Part shown: positions 1-13,191 of the stretch, in pieces
Layout of the letters: each line of letters begins with the position of its first letter
How positions within the stretch are numbered: position 1 is the first letter of the stretch
The notes under the pieces: model-generated
The model's input: the letters and a program-made list of their open reading frames with translations, nothing else
Told to the model about the DNA's origin: nothing
Database searches by the model: none
Translations under genes and position numbers: made by a program
NCBI GenBank assembly: GCA_050230475.1
Contig: JBFLGF010000007.1
Span: forward strand, 62,001-126,000
Source of the DNA: Ancylonema sp.
Lineage: Eukaryota
DNA: 64,000 bases
Direction of reading: 5' to 3'

Positions 1-881
1 AGTTACGAGTACAAAAGGTATCCGAAGAGTTGGAGCCAAAGTCGTCTAGTTAGAGGAAAGCTGAGCTTGTAGAGATCATCCGTAACACAAATTTATCATC
101 GCTTTCACACCCTTGAGTTAATATGCATGGAGAGCCACGTTAAGTAGGGTGATGTGCTTGCTATTTTTCTTTGAGTTTGATAAGTCGTTAGTCGTTGCCG
201 TTGTCTAGGATGGGGACATGAGGGAAATGCGTATTATCACCAATTTTTGACCAATTCCCATCTGGAGGGTAACCTACGCCCTAATCGAATAGAAGCCCAA
301 TGTTTAGTTTCTCATAGCAAACTGTTAAGAAAATAAGAAAATTTATCATTAATTCTCATTTAATAATTGATTTATCAGTAAAAAATATCATTAGTTAGTC
401 ATCAATGTTGTTTTTGGCGCTTGTGTCTGGGCGGGGCCAACTATGTTAGAAACTGCAGTTTATATTTCCCCGTGCGGCGCGTGCGCGTGCCACGCATGCG
501 GGGGAATGTGTCGCGCTCGTTGCGCGACCTGGACGGTTGAAAGTTACCGACAGGTACGGACATACCGGCAGGCACCGGCAGATTCCGGCAAGCTACCGGC
601 AATGCTGGTGACAATATGGAGAGGTTTTCTGTACAACTACTCTCGCCCCTGAACCCGGAAATTGGTTTTTCTCGGATAATAATAAATATGACGATGTCAT
701 CAGTTTGTGCTTACACAACTGCGTTTATGGTGATGGTTTCCCCGTAAAACATGTCGTTGGGTGTGTCTATTTGTCTGGCAGTGGTAAGCAGTGATACGGA
801 GCTGCTGAGGTTGTTGTAAACCACTTCATGGCATAGGCTGTAGGCCTTGATGCCGCTCCGTCCGCAAGAGAGTGCCCTTTT

Positions 882-3800
882 ATGGACACGCGGAGCAGGA
901 AGAGGGCCGAGGAGGCAGACCAGGGGGCCTTAACCAGGGGAAAAGTTTCACGCCTTCGCCTTTCTCCCCCCACCAGTTCCAAAACCGAAGCCAAAGTCTC
1001 TCGGGAATCAAAGCGTTCAAAACCTCTTAGTAAAGCAGTTGAAAAGACATCTTCGAGCCGCAAAAGACGATCTACCCGTTCAAATCCATTAGCTGAAGAA
1101 GGCGAGGGACAGAAAGACATGGATCACGACCAAGGTCTAGAGGATCATGGGGACCCAGAAGGGTCTCCTAAAACTTCGAAGGATTCAAAGAAAGTGGTGG
1201 ACCAGAGCAGCGAAAGGGAACGTGAACAGGAGCGAGATCGGGAGCGAGACCGGGAGCAATTGAGGCTGTTGAGAGAGAGAGCTGCTGCAGTGATGGGTTT
1301 GGATGATCCGGAAGGAGATGGCGGACTGTTGCCCCACAACATGACGTCCGCTAGCAACGCTTTGAATGGTTTGTTGCGAAAGCTAGGAGCGGGAATTGAC
1401 GACCTGCTGCCTCCCTCTAGTTCGCTCTCTATGCAAAATAGCCGGTTTAAACAGATCCTCAACGGGCTGCGGGCAGATGGGGAGCCTGGAAGGCAACTGG
1501 AGTCCTTGAACGAGCTCTGTGAGCTTCTGTCAATAGGCACCGAGGATTCGTTGAGCACGTTCTCCATAGAGGCCTTTGTGCCCGTCCTGGTTGGGCTGCT
1601 GAACCACGAACATAACCCTGATATGATGCTGCTAGCAGCCAGGGCCCTTACTCACCTCTGCGACGTGCTACCATCGTCTTGCGCTGCGGTCGTGCACCAT
1701 GGCGCGGTGCAGTGCTTCTGCGCGCGGCTCCTTACAATCGAGTACATTGATCTGGCAGAACAGGTGCAGATTCTTGGATATCACAAAATCCTCAGACAGT
1801 GGCGTTTGATGACATGCTTACGGTCGGGTTTGTTTTTCCTGGGCGCAGTCACTGCAAGCGTTGGAGAAAGTATCACATGAACATCCAACGGCGTGCTTGC
1901 GCAGTGGAGGCCTGATGGCCGTGCTGTCGTTCCTCGAGTTTTTTTCGACTGGAGTGCAGGTAAGGCATTTTACCCACGCGGAGCTGATCCACTTACTTAC
2001 GCCTCGTTTCGAATCTTGATTGGTGGCAGAGGGTGGCAGTCACAACTGCTGCAAACATTTGTCGCCAGCTTCCTACAGACTCTGCCGATCTGCTCGTAGA
2101 AGCTGTGCCTCTTCTCCAGAACCTGCTAACGGTTCAAGACAGTAAGGTGCGTTGAAGTCCTCTGCCCATCAACAAGTTTGGTGCCACAAATGGGATCCAG
2201 GCTCATGCCAGAGTGTAGTGTCGGTGTATAGCAGGTGGTCGAGCAGGTGTGCGTCTGCTTGGCTCGGATTGCGGACGCGTTTGCCACACAGCCGGAGTCT
2301 CTGGCCAAGCTGTGCTCTCAGACTCTTATCTCCGAGGTCGCCAGCTTCATCTCTGTCAGCAGTGGGGGGCAGACTCCATTGTCGCCCTCCACGTATGCGG
2401 TGAGCAGGGGGAAGATTCTTTCGGACGGATGTCCATCTTCATCTCCATCTTCATGTTATTTTCTTGTTCATGATTCATGTTCATATTCATGTTCAAATTC
2501 ATGTTCAAATTCATGTTCCTGTTCCTGTTGTTGACCAGGGTATGGTCCGTCTTCTTGCCACCTGCGCGAGCGGTACTCCCTCTGGCGCCGAAACTCTTCT
2601 CCACATGGGCATCAGCAAAGTGATTCGGGACATCTTGGTCGGGACCACCTCGTCCACCGCCACCTCCTTCAGCAGGCCCTCTGAGCAGGTAAGGGGAAGT
2701 CCTGACAGGCAGGCAGGCAGGCACTTTAACAATACAGTAAAACCTGTCTGAACAATGTTTTCAGGAACGGAAAAAAATAAAATTAGGCAGGTTATTATTT
2801 TACGCGCTAGATTTTTGGTGAGAACTTGAAATCGGTCGGAAGGTTTTCTATAACATTAACAGGTTATCAATCTGCACAGCATAAAGTATAATGTATAAAG
2901 TTAGACAGGTTTTACTGGCCTGGTTATCAATTTAGAGAGGTGTCTGTTGTGTGCAGGTGGCGGAGATCGTATCTTTGGTCAATGAGCTGCTTCCCCCTCT
3001 GCCGGACTCCATGTGGCTACTGGGAGCCCCCTCGAGTGGGAAGCAGGAGGGGCCCATTCCCAGACGGAGGAAGAAAGAGGAGGAGGGGCAGAGTCCTTTG
3101 TCCTCGCGAGAACAGATTTTGAGGGAGCAGCCTGTGCTGCTGGCACGCTTTGGGGCGGATCTCTTCCCCGTGCTGCTGCAAGTGAGGAGCTGGCGGGGTG
3201 GGGGGTACTTCATTTCTACTCGTTGCTTATCAGGTGGTTGTTGTGGAATTCGTTCAGGTGTATGCGGCAACTGTGACCCCGTTGGTGCGCCACAAGTGTC
3301 TCATGGGGATGACCAAGTTGATCCACTTCAGCTCACCAGAGATGCTGCTCGCGCTCCTGGACCCTTCCGCCTTGTCCAGGTAAGAAGCACCACGCAGCCA
3401 GAGCAGGAGGAACTGCCGTTCTCATCTCTCGCTGATTCACCCCCCCCCCTTCCCCTCTAATCTTGTGTGGTGCAGTTTTTTGGCTGAGGCTTTGGGTTCC
3501 AAGGACTCAGGCGTCCTGATCTCCTCCCTCCAGATTGCGGAGATGCTCATGCAGAAGTTGCCGGACGTGTTCCGCAAGGCGTTCATAAAGGAAGGGGTGG
3601 TCCACGGGGTGGATGCCGTTATAGCGGCAGAGCAGCAAAGGGCTGCTACTCCTCAATCCCCTCAGGCTCAGTCCCAGTCTCAGGCTCTGGCTCACGCTCT
3701 TGCACAGGCCCAGGCTCTGGCTCAGGTGCAGGCTCAGGTTCAGGCCCACGCCCAGGCCCAGCTCCAGGCCCACCTGCAGGCGCAAATTGCTTCCAGGTCT

Positions 3801-6800
3801 CGTCGAGGAGCATCCTCTAGCAGGAGACGGGGGGCAGGGGGCCAGGCAGAGGAAGGGGCAGAGGAACCCGCAGCTGTTGTTGCGGTTGGGGGCGAGGTGG
3901 GTGTGGTTGGAGAGTCGCCAGGCAAGGTGCGGTCCAGCCAACGAGGGTTGGTGCTTGCCAAGGCCATGGCGCTGAAATCGGCCTTCTTTTCCACCACGGA
4001 AGGCGAGGGGGAAGCGTCTGTGAGTGAGAGTCTGGTGAAACTGCGGGAGGCAGGGCGGCAGCTAAAGGCGCAGCTGGGGGGCGAGGAGTCGGCAGAGAAG
4101 GCGCTGGGGTTGGTGAAAGAGATTCTGAAGATTTTGGCGGAGGGGGAGGGGGTGTCCACGTTCGAGTTCATGGGTAGTGGGGTGGTGGACGCCTTGCTCC
4201 ACTTCTTCAAAACGAGGCGGTCTCCCAAAGAGGGATCTGATGCAGGGGCGGCGGGGAGGTGGGGGGAGAGTGGGCTGACCATCCTCAAGGGCTTTGTCCA
4301 CATGTGCGTCACAGAGGGGCAGAAAGAGGGCGAATGTCTCTGGATGATGGTCCTGGTGCGGAAGCTGCAGGGCGCCCTGGCTTCCCTGGAGCATTTCCAC
4401 GTGCTGGTCACCCATGCACAGCGATCAGGGGGGTCGAGTGGCCTTAACATGCTGGCCCAGCCCCTGAAACTGCGCCTGGTAAGGGCACCTTCCGAGAAGC
4501 ATCTCCGTGATTACTCGGCCACTGTGGTGCATATCGAGCCCCTGGCGATGGTGGGGGCGGTGGAAGACTTTCTGTGGGCGAGAGTGAAGCTTCCGGGGGG
4601 CGAAAACGAGGGTGGGGCCGCAGCGGCCGCAGCTGCCGCAGCTGGGGCGGAAGCTGGGCCCTCTAGCAGGGAGGGGAGCCAGAGGGTGGCGAGGAGAGTG
4701 AAGACGGTGGGGGAGGGTGCTACGCCGGACAGCACGGAGAAGCAGATGAGGGTGGGGGGTTGGGGGGGAGGGGGTGCAGGGTGCGGGACTCTGCCGGCTC
4801 AAGACTCATTTGGGTATTGGGTTTTCCGGGATCCAGGAGATGGAGTGTGTGTTAGGCGAGGAAGAAGAGGAGGAGGAGGAGGAGGACGACATGGAGGGGG
4901 AAGAGCATGAGCATGAGCATGAGCATGAGCATGAGGAGCATGAGCTCGAGGAGCATGAGCTGGAGCACGACCACGAGGTGAAATATTATTTCAAGTGGGG
5001 GGGGGGGAGGGGGGCTGTTGGGAAGGGTTTCAAGAACTTGAATCTGTTCTCCATACTGCTTCTGGTGTTGGTGGACAGGGAGAGGAAGAGGAGGACGCAG
5101 AGGAAGAGGAGGAAGAGGAGGAGGTAAGTGGACCTCTTCTTCAGGAAGGAGTGAAGAGGTGGTAGAGAGAAAACCATAAACTGACTCTGAAGGGCCTCCT
5201 TTGTTTTTTTCATCTTTTTCCAACTCTTCGGTGAGCCCGCCTCCCAGCTTGAAGCAGAAGGCCAAGCAGCAGCAGCAGCCGCAGCCGAAGCAGCAGCGGC
5301 AGCGGCGGGTGACACGGGGGTGGATGGTACTCCAGGGGGGTCTGCCCGCCGCACCTTCGCTGCAGCCGTGGCTGGGGTTGGGGCGAGAGGGGGCCCCAAG
5401 CTGGTGTTGACCATGGGGGGGACGCGTCTACATCGTACCATGTCCATCTTCCAGGCCGTGCAGAGGCATGCGGCGGGAGGGAATGAGGAGGAAGGGAGGG
5501 CGGATTTTGGGAGCAGGAGGGCGTGGGACGAGGTCTACACGCTCACCTACGCCAGGGCTGGGGAGGAGGAGGCTGGAGAGGGGGAGGGGAAGGAGAAGCA
5601 GGGGCCGAAGGGGGTGGGGGAGGGCAGTGGGGCTGGCGCCCTGGATCCCACGCAGGAGGTGAACAAAGTGCTGCTGCTGCTGCGGGTGCTGGAGGGGCTG
5701 AATCGGATGGCCCCCCGCCTGCTGGCACACACAGCTGTAGACCGGTATGCGAGGGGGCAGGAGGAGAAGGTGGGGGGGGAGTGGGGGGGGTCCCTTGTCC
5801 CCCGTACGGAGTTTGTGAGCGCCAAGTTGGGCCCCAAGCTCATGCGTCAGATGCAGGATGCGCTGGCGCTGTGCAGCGGGGGGGTGCCCCTGTGGTGCCA
5901 CCAGCTCACCCAGATCTGCCCCTTCCTCTTCCCCTTCCCCGTGCGCTGCCACTACTTCTACTCCACATCCTTTGGGATCGGGAGGGCGCTGCAGAGGCTG
6001 CAGCAGCAGCACACGGCGGAGACGGGGAGGGGGGGCGGGGGGGGCGGGGGGGGGAGGGAGGGGAGGGAGCTGCGCGTGAGCCGTACGCACCGCTCCCGGG
6101 TTCAGGTGGAGAGGAGCGATATCTTGAACGCGGCGGTGCGTGTGATGGAGGCCTACTGCGGCAGCAAGACGGTGCTGGAGGTGGAGTACGATCAGGAGGT
6201 GGGGACGGGGTTGGGACCCACCCTCGAGTTCTACACGCTGCTCAGTCGGGAGGTCCAGAAGAGCAAACTGAAGCTGTGGCGCTCTGGGGAACACGAATCA
6301 GTGGGCGGGGGAGAGGAGTCGGAGAACATGGTCTCTGTCCCCCTGGCAGGCCTCTTCCCCCGCCCCTGGCCCCCCACCTCCCCTTCCCTCACCGACAGTA
6401 AGGGGAGGAAGTTGGGGAGGGCGAGGGTGGTGGAGTGCTTCCAGATGCTGGGGAGGGCCATGGGCAAAGCGCTGCAAGACAGCCGCCTCCTGGACCTGCC
6501 CCTCTCCCTCCCCCTCTACAGCCTCCTCCTGGGGCAGGAGCTGGACCTGTTTGACATCAAGGCGTTCGAGCCGGAACTGGGGGCCACTCTGGAGGAGATG
6601 CAGGCGTGTCTCAAGAGGAGCCAGGCACTGAAAGCGGGGCAGGGGGGCGAGTTTAGGGACCTGACGCTGAGGGGATGCTCCATCGAAGACCTTTCCCTCA
6701 CCTTCACGCTGCCCGGGTACCCGGAATACGAGCTGAAACCAGGGGGGGGGGATGTGAGTGTCTCCTTGGAGAACTTGGAGGAGTACATTGAGGCCGTGGT

Positions 6801-8152
6801 GGACGCCACACTGAAGACCGGGATTGGGGCTCAAGTGGCAGCAATGAGGGCGGGGTTCAGCCAGGTGGCGGTGGGGGTGGGGGTGGGGGGGGTTCTCTCG
6901 CTCTTGCTCCTTGGCACTGACAGGCGGAGGGGGGCGGAGGTTGTGTGTGTAGGTCACTCCCGTAGCGAATCTTCAGATGTTCCGCGAGGAGGAGATGGAG
7001 GTGCTGTTCTGTGGGCAGAGGGAGAAGTGGACGGTACGGACACCCCTCCTCCTCCCCCTCCTCCCTCCCTTGTTCTTTGGGATATTGAGGTGGCGTGGTT
7101 GGGGGGGTGGGGTGTGTTTGTTTCCAGCGTGCCATGTTGGTGGAGCACCTCAAGTTTGACCACGGCTACAGTGCGACCAGCCCTCCCATCGTGAACGTCA
7201 GTCATCGCAACCCACCTCTGCAGGCGGACACGTGGTGACAGCAGGGGTGGGGGCGCGGTTGGGGTCGGGGGTGGGGTTGTAAGTGCAGTTGGTGGAGATT
7301 CTGGAGGAGTTGGAGGGGGAGGATCAGCGTGCCTTCCTACAGTTTGTCACGGGGGCTCCTCGACTGCCAGCTGGCGGCCTGGCAGCCCTCAACCCAAAGC
7401 TCACCATCGTCCGAAAAGTGAGAGGCGGGGGAAGGGGGAGGGGGGGGGGGGGGAGTGGGGGCGGGTTGACAGGTGGCATCGTATTTACAAGTGGTCTTTG
7501 GTGTACGTTTGCAGCACACGTCGTCTGAAAGCGGGCCTGGGGGTCTGGCGGATAAGGACCTGCCAAGTGTGATGACGTGTGCCAACTACCTGAAGCTGCC
7601 CCCCTACTCTACCAAGGTAGGATGTGGAGAGGGGTATCAGGACAGGCTCAGTGCCTTTCAAAGGGGATGGATCAGAATCTGGGAGATGGTTTTGTCATGG
7701 CTGCCCCTAATCATCCGTTTTCTGTGTGAGGTGTATGACAAGGGATAAGGGGATAAGGGGACATTACATCGGCAAACATGAATCATTGGTTTGTTGGTCC
7801 ACAACTTGGTGTACCCCAAGCCACACTTAGGTCGTTGGCTCACCCAAAGGCAACTCGGTACCAGTGAAAACGCTCAATACACCGTCAAATTTTGAATTTC
7901 TACGCGACCCTGGCTTGATACGTAAATACAGAATGTGATCCCATCCACTCATTTCTTTCTTTTCCGTTTTTACTCCTCTGGATCATCATCTCCGGCTCGT
8001 TTGGTAACATTAATGTGAAAGTCGAGGAGGCAGCATTGTCTGGCCATGTGAGTTGACCATCTGTTTGAGTCCTCCTGGTGGTGCAGGCAATCACGAAGCA
8101 ACGGCTCATGTATGCCATCTCAGAGGGGCAAGGAAGGTTCGACCTTTCGTAA
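882..8152 (+). CDS. UPL3: HECT E3 ubiquitin ligase with N-terminal ARM-like repeats (UPL3/KAKTUS, TRIP12/Ufd4 family), multi-exon
   Basis: Exons joined at GT-AG sites give [108 protein letters not shown] and the catalytic [18 protein letters not shown]. The last exon (8087-8152) ends [13 protein letters not shown]. Confidence 0.95.
2468..2530. repeat. Short intronic tandem repeat (TCATGTTCAAAT-like units)
   Basis: tcatgttcatattcatgttcaaattcatgttcaaattcatgttcct inside a UPL3 intron. Confidence 0.7.
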
Positions 8153-9688
8153 ACACAATGTGTGCATATTGTACAGAAGGTAGACTGGTTGGTGTGAGTG
8201 GAAGGAGTTTATTCCATGCAGGATGGGATACAGGGATTGGGGATTGGGGAGGTTTGGTGAAGGTGTGGACATAGTCACCTGTTTGTACACAGTAGCTTGG
8301 GGCTGGTCGACAAAAAATGGTTCTCGTTGTCGTGTCGGCGGCATTGGATCCTTGTGGTCTCTTTGTACGTCCTCTTCTTTTCATTTTTTGCCACATGTGC
8401 CACGATAACTATATCTTCTGTGTGCCGGCCAAGCGTTTCGTGGAAACAAAAGTGATGAAGAAAGGTTGTTAACGTCCTCATGTACCTTTCTTGGTACAAA
8501 AAAATATCTTTTGGTGGAGGCATCTCGTGTATCGCAAGTTGAACATCAAATGAAGTTTGTACTTCGAACTTTATACTTCGTCTGAACTTCGCGCTCATTT
8601 TCTCTAGTAGTAATGGAACCAAGTTATTCAATCCAAGTGATGGTCTGCTTCTCAGAATATTAGTGAACCGAACAGGCATGATTTTTGGGGGCGATAGTGG
8701 CAGACACATACTTGTGACAGTCAAGTATTCCACAAGACCCACGAATCCAGAATATAAATCTTTCCGGAATTGTTTCTACACAAGTAGCCTCGGATATCCA
8801 ATGAAAACAAAAACTCTACCATTGTACAACGCAACCACACGGGTCCCGCTCCGCTCACGGAATTTGCGAACCTGGCTCTAAGCCGGCGCGCGTCCGCCAC
8901 CTGCCTGGCAAAAACGAAACATGGAAATGCGACCAAGTACAAATCCTCCTCTGCGAAGCACGTAGTTACTAGTTACCGGTACTTCGGTACGTTCGGAACA
9001 TAGTAACCATATTACAAGGGTCACTGTGCTTGTCGGATCCGGTTTTTTTTATTGGCGATTGAAAGATTTTATAGCGAATTTTGAAGACCTTCTGACATTA
9101 CGGGAATCGAACGACATTTGGGAGAGGGACGTGGCACTGAACAATGCTCACCCGTCAGATGCGGGATTTATAAGAAAATTGATAGATTATGTGGCACAAA
9201 CGACAAACACAATCTGTGAGTGTCACACATTACGAAGGACTGGGAGGACAACGATGATACGGAAAAATACGATAAACGGCAGACGTGCTAAACGACAGAA
9301 TTGTAGCTTCCAAACGACAAGGGGGAATTGCGAACGGGGCGGGTTACTGACGAATACAAAGTGTAATGAGACAGTACTCCGCAAGGATAATAGTCCACCG
9401 CTTAGAGGGGGGCGGGGCTACAATTTTTTATTTTTTATTTTTTATTGTGGGTCCCGCTCCGCTCGCGGATTTTGCTAGCCCGGCCCCACGCCAGCGCGCA
9501 AATTTTCCGGCTCGGGGACCCACTATGAACGCAACTATCCTGAAAAATGTAGGTATGTTTTGTGTAATGTGCATCATAGTTGCACGAGCTGACTTGTTTT
9601 TGTAGTAGGAGTTGTTGGCAAGATGAAGCCATTTCGGAACCCAAGAAATTGGGTCATCTTGTGGCTTTTTATCATAGTTGGGTTGTGC

Positions 9689-10300
9689 CATAGTTTGCCC
9701 CGATCCGATCGGGAATTTCCGACCATTCAAATCGGACTCGATTCGATGTCAATCCGGACTTGAGGCGCCGAACATTAGGTGAAAATCGCAGGGGGGAGGA
9801 GGGAGATCGTATGCACTCATAACAAAGTAAAACCCCCCCCAAAAAAAAAAAAAAAAAAAATAATCATTTTTTCTTGTTCGGCCCGATCCGATCTTTATTT
9901 CCTAACCCGCGCCGATCCGGATCGGGGATCGGATGGATCAGGACCAACCATAGTCACACGAACCTGCAGACTAGGGTTCCGAGGTCCCGGGTCCGGACGG
10001 GAGTCCATCCTTCTAGGCCAAAATGCCAGACCGGCAACTGTATGATACTTTCGGTTTTTCTTTCGAGAGTTTACCGTGGAGAAATATGGAAAAAAATATC
10101 GCGGAAAAAACGTATTTTAATTTTCAATTGGCCTTGTACATCGTGCAAAAATGGAAATATAAATTATCTTTCAAATTTCCCCGACTTGTCCATTTCCCCC
10201 GAAAATTGCCGGGAGCGGAAAAAATTGTAAAAAATCCCCGGTCCGACCGCGATCCGAAAAAAAAATTGTGCCGGTCCGTGCAACTATGGGACTAACTATG
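9689..10300. mobile_element. hAT-type MITE (outer element)
   Basis: Ends CATAGTTTGCCCCGATC ... GATCAGGACCAAC[insert]TATG. The 8-bp flanks ggttgtgc / ggtcgtgt look like a decayed TSD. GATCCG subterminal motifs. Confidence 0.6.
9949..10288. mobile_element. hAT-type MITE nested in the right TIR of the outer MITE
   Basis: Imperfect TIRs CATAGTCACACGAACCTGCA / TGCCGGTCCGTGCAACTATG. 8-bp TSD ggaccaac / ggactaac (7 of 8 match). Confidence 0.7.
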
Positions 10301-10307
10301 GGTCGTG

Positions 10308-10789
10308 TGTGAGCACTTTCTTCTGCCATCGATGCAAGAATAAAGTTCACTTCTCTTAATCTCTTTGAATAAACAGGATCACGTCATTACAAGCGTCGAC
10401 ACACCAAAAGCGCAAGCTTGAAGTACAAAGTATTGATTGCAAAATTGTGCATGCAAGGCTAGACCTAGTACAATCGGGTGTAACTGATGAGGCTTCTTAG
10501 TCAAAGATCTACTGATCGAAACTACTTGGTCAACCCCCAATCATATCTATGCATCGTGCCACATCATCATATTCTTCTCAACAGTTGTGCCAGATGGCCA
10601 AGCATGTCGACGTAATCATTATAAGAAGGATGTTGGCCTCCATTCGCTGAATAACGACAAAACGAGGGCTAAGCTCCCGGAATCACTAAAATCAATATTA
10701 CGACAAAATTTCACAGCCCCTAAAAACAAATATCGTGCAAACTTTTATTTCACACACGGCCTCCTAGTGTTCCCATCTACTCCTTCACA
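10308..10789 (+). mobile_element. Probable solo LTR related to repeat B of the central element
   Basis: Starts TGTGAGCA (as does 41701) and ends TTCACA, giving TGTGA/TCACA inverted ends. 10500-10727 is clearly similar to 43256-43497. No TSD found. Confidence 0.5.
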
Positions 10790-11796
10790 TCACTATTGGT
10801 GGCTGCACACGTACGACAAAGTCCGCATTGTGCGACGTCCGAGTTGATGTTGCTGAAACTGTCGGAGTCACTATCACCGAAGATGTCCTTAGGTTAGATA
10901 AAATATTTTGTAGGAAGTCGGTATGACGTTCCTACTCCTCCTTGGCTCTCCAGATTCGCCACTTTTTCGAGTCGACCTTCTACTCTATACCAGGGCATAT
11001 ACTTGTGGAGCGATTAGCACTGCCACCAAGTTGATTATAGCGAGGTAGTGAAGATTAGCAGGATCGAATGAAGGTTGTAGGATCGTGGTATGCTATCGGA
11101 GTTTGGAAATTTGTATTCAGATCTTTGAGTCGAAGCGCAACTTCACTAGATCTGTCGATGACTTCGAGTCGATCGAGTTACCCTATACTTTCCCTCCTAG
11201 ATTGATGTAGGCAGGTTCCAGTATTGAATCTAAGAAGTTTTGTAGTCGTAAGGAGATTGTAATGTAGATTGTACGTAGCAGAAATCGACGAATTCGATGC
11301 AAAAGTTGTACTCCTCCACTCGTTGATGTCGCTTCTTGTAAATGTTCTTGAATTAACACTTTCAGTTGAACTGCAAAAATGCTTATTCACAACACGAAGT
11401 GCAATGTTTCAGCTCAAATGTGAATTAGATGAGTTGATTTTGCAAGCAAAAATCATGTGTAGGAGCGTGTAAAGCACCTGTGAACAAAGGGTGGTGTAAC
11501 AAGCCCACGCGTTCGATACGCACTAAGTAAGGGTTCGTTCTGGCACCACGTGGTATCCCTGGATAGGCGTGGTAAATCTCTGAGCCGTAGGGCTATCTGA
11601 GAGGGGGAAAGAGATTGAATCTCAGGTGTAACCTTTATAGGAAGATCAGGTGGGCACTAGGTCCTCACAGGGGATAGAGACGGAGCTCAATGTAAGCGAA
11701 CCACTGGTACAGATGAAAAATCTATGACAAAGCTGCCCCTGGAACGTCCAAAGCCAAAGCTGCCCGTGAAATCAACCTGATCAAACCCGGGCCCCT

Positions 11797-12494
11797 CAGG
11801 TGATCGGTTCCAACCCATCCTGGACCCGGAAGCCCACGCCCTCGCCCAAAATAAAATTGCCCCGAAATCGACAAATTCTTTTGCTAAGGCGAGTAATATC
11901 GTGTGAAAGCCATACTATTTGCAATTGTTTTGATTGGCACATTCGCACGGTAATAGAATGTTCATGCACTTCATGGTGTTCCCAGCGCTTCATTTTGCAA
12001 TAGGTTTTTTAGAACACGTTAAAGCAATCATAAAATGCGGGAAATGTATGAACAACATGCACCAACGCAATCCAACGAAATTGCACGGACCAATACCATT
12101 TCAATTTTGGATCGCGGTCCTGCCGGGATTTTTTTAACACACGGGATACGTGCAAAAAATGATCGCCGCTTGTTCAAATGCACAAACATACAAGTTCCGG
12201 ATGAGTGTGATAAAAAACGTGAAAAGATGATAAAAATAATGTGTGGGTATGTGTGATGTCAGTGTTGCCAAGTACGTGCATATGCATTATATTTGAAATT
12301 TGTTCGAAAAAACATTGATCGTGTATTTTTGTATATATGTAGTGAATGACATGCATTTTAAAAAAAAATCGTTTTCTACTTGTATACAATATACCGCTTT
12401 TTACACCTTCTGTCCTCCTGTTTTTGGGGTTATTTTTCGTGACTAGTCCAGTCCGTATTGGCCCAACCATCCCGGATGGGCCGACCGTTACCTG
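11797..12494. mobile_element. Possible non-autonomous DNA transposon
   Basis: Imperfect inverted ends CAGGTGATCGGTTCCAACCCATCC / GGATGGGCCGACCGTTACCTG around an AT-rich non-coding core. No TSD seen. Confidence 0.35.
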
Positions 12495-13191
12495 TAAGCG
12501 GGCGGTCGGGGATGGGGGGTCAGTGAGCGCGCGATGAAGACCCTGTTGTGAACCGAGAGGCCGCTGCCCGGTGCCAATCACATGCAGCCAATTACAAGTG
12601 TTATGACCACGCGGTAAAGTAGAGCCCCGCGAGGTACCAGCAATGCTGACCTGGCCACTGTCTGCATGCCACGCGGCTTAAATCTGGTAGACAAGAGGTC
12701 TCGTGCGATATCAAACACTTTCTCAGAGACAGGCTGGAGTCGTATCAAGATCGTGCACGAATTGTGGATACGGGTGAAGAAAATATCCAAATGACACGCA
12801 ACTTGATCGGCGAGTCAAAAGCTGTTTGGTGGAAATTCCAACCTACTACGTCAGCGCTGAGTTTTGGGGGCTGCAGCCAGCTGACTCGACACGTGAATAT
12901 CAAATCAAGGCTTATCTCTACTAGAATCAGTTATTCTTCCGAGTCACGCGTGACAATCCCAATGCCGAAAGTGAGGCTGCAGAATTCACTCCCTGAAATC
13001 ATAAGTGCCTTCTATTGAAACTGATATAGAAGAGAGATTCTAACCTGCAACTAATAAGAATATCGAGAATTCAAACAGTTTTGTGAAATTCTCGATAAAG
13101 AATAAAGATGTTCTCGCTGGAAAGAAAAAAGGATGGGAAGTCAATTGTGAGGCTCGAGGAAGCGCAAGGATGCTTGACACCGCCGCTGAGG

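Noticed and set aside
560..605. CCGGCA repeats upstream of UPL3 as a cis-element
   Set aside because: Visible, but cannot be assigned a function or distinguished from a transposon remnant.
3507..7205. Many overlapping or antisense ORFs within UPL3
   Set aside because: Shadows of GC-rich coding sequence with no independent motifs.
10790..11796. Minus-strand decayed LTR element (TGGTGCCAGAAC PBS-like at ~11537-11548)
   Set aside because: Suggestive, but no second LTR or protein motif supports it.
12530..12545. GCGATGAAGA resembling 5.8S rRNA or a box C motif
   Set aside because: Short match only; the flanks do not fit rRNA or snoRNA. No tRNA or rRNA genes were recognised in the window.
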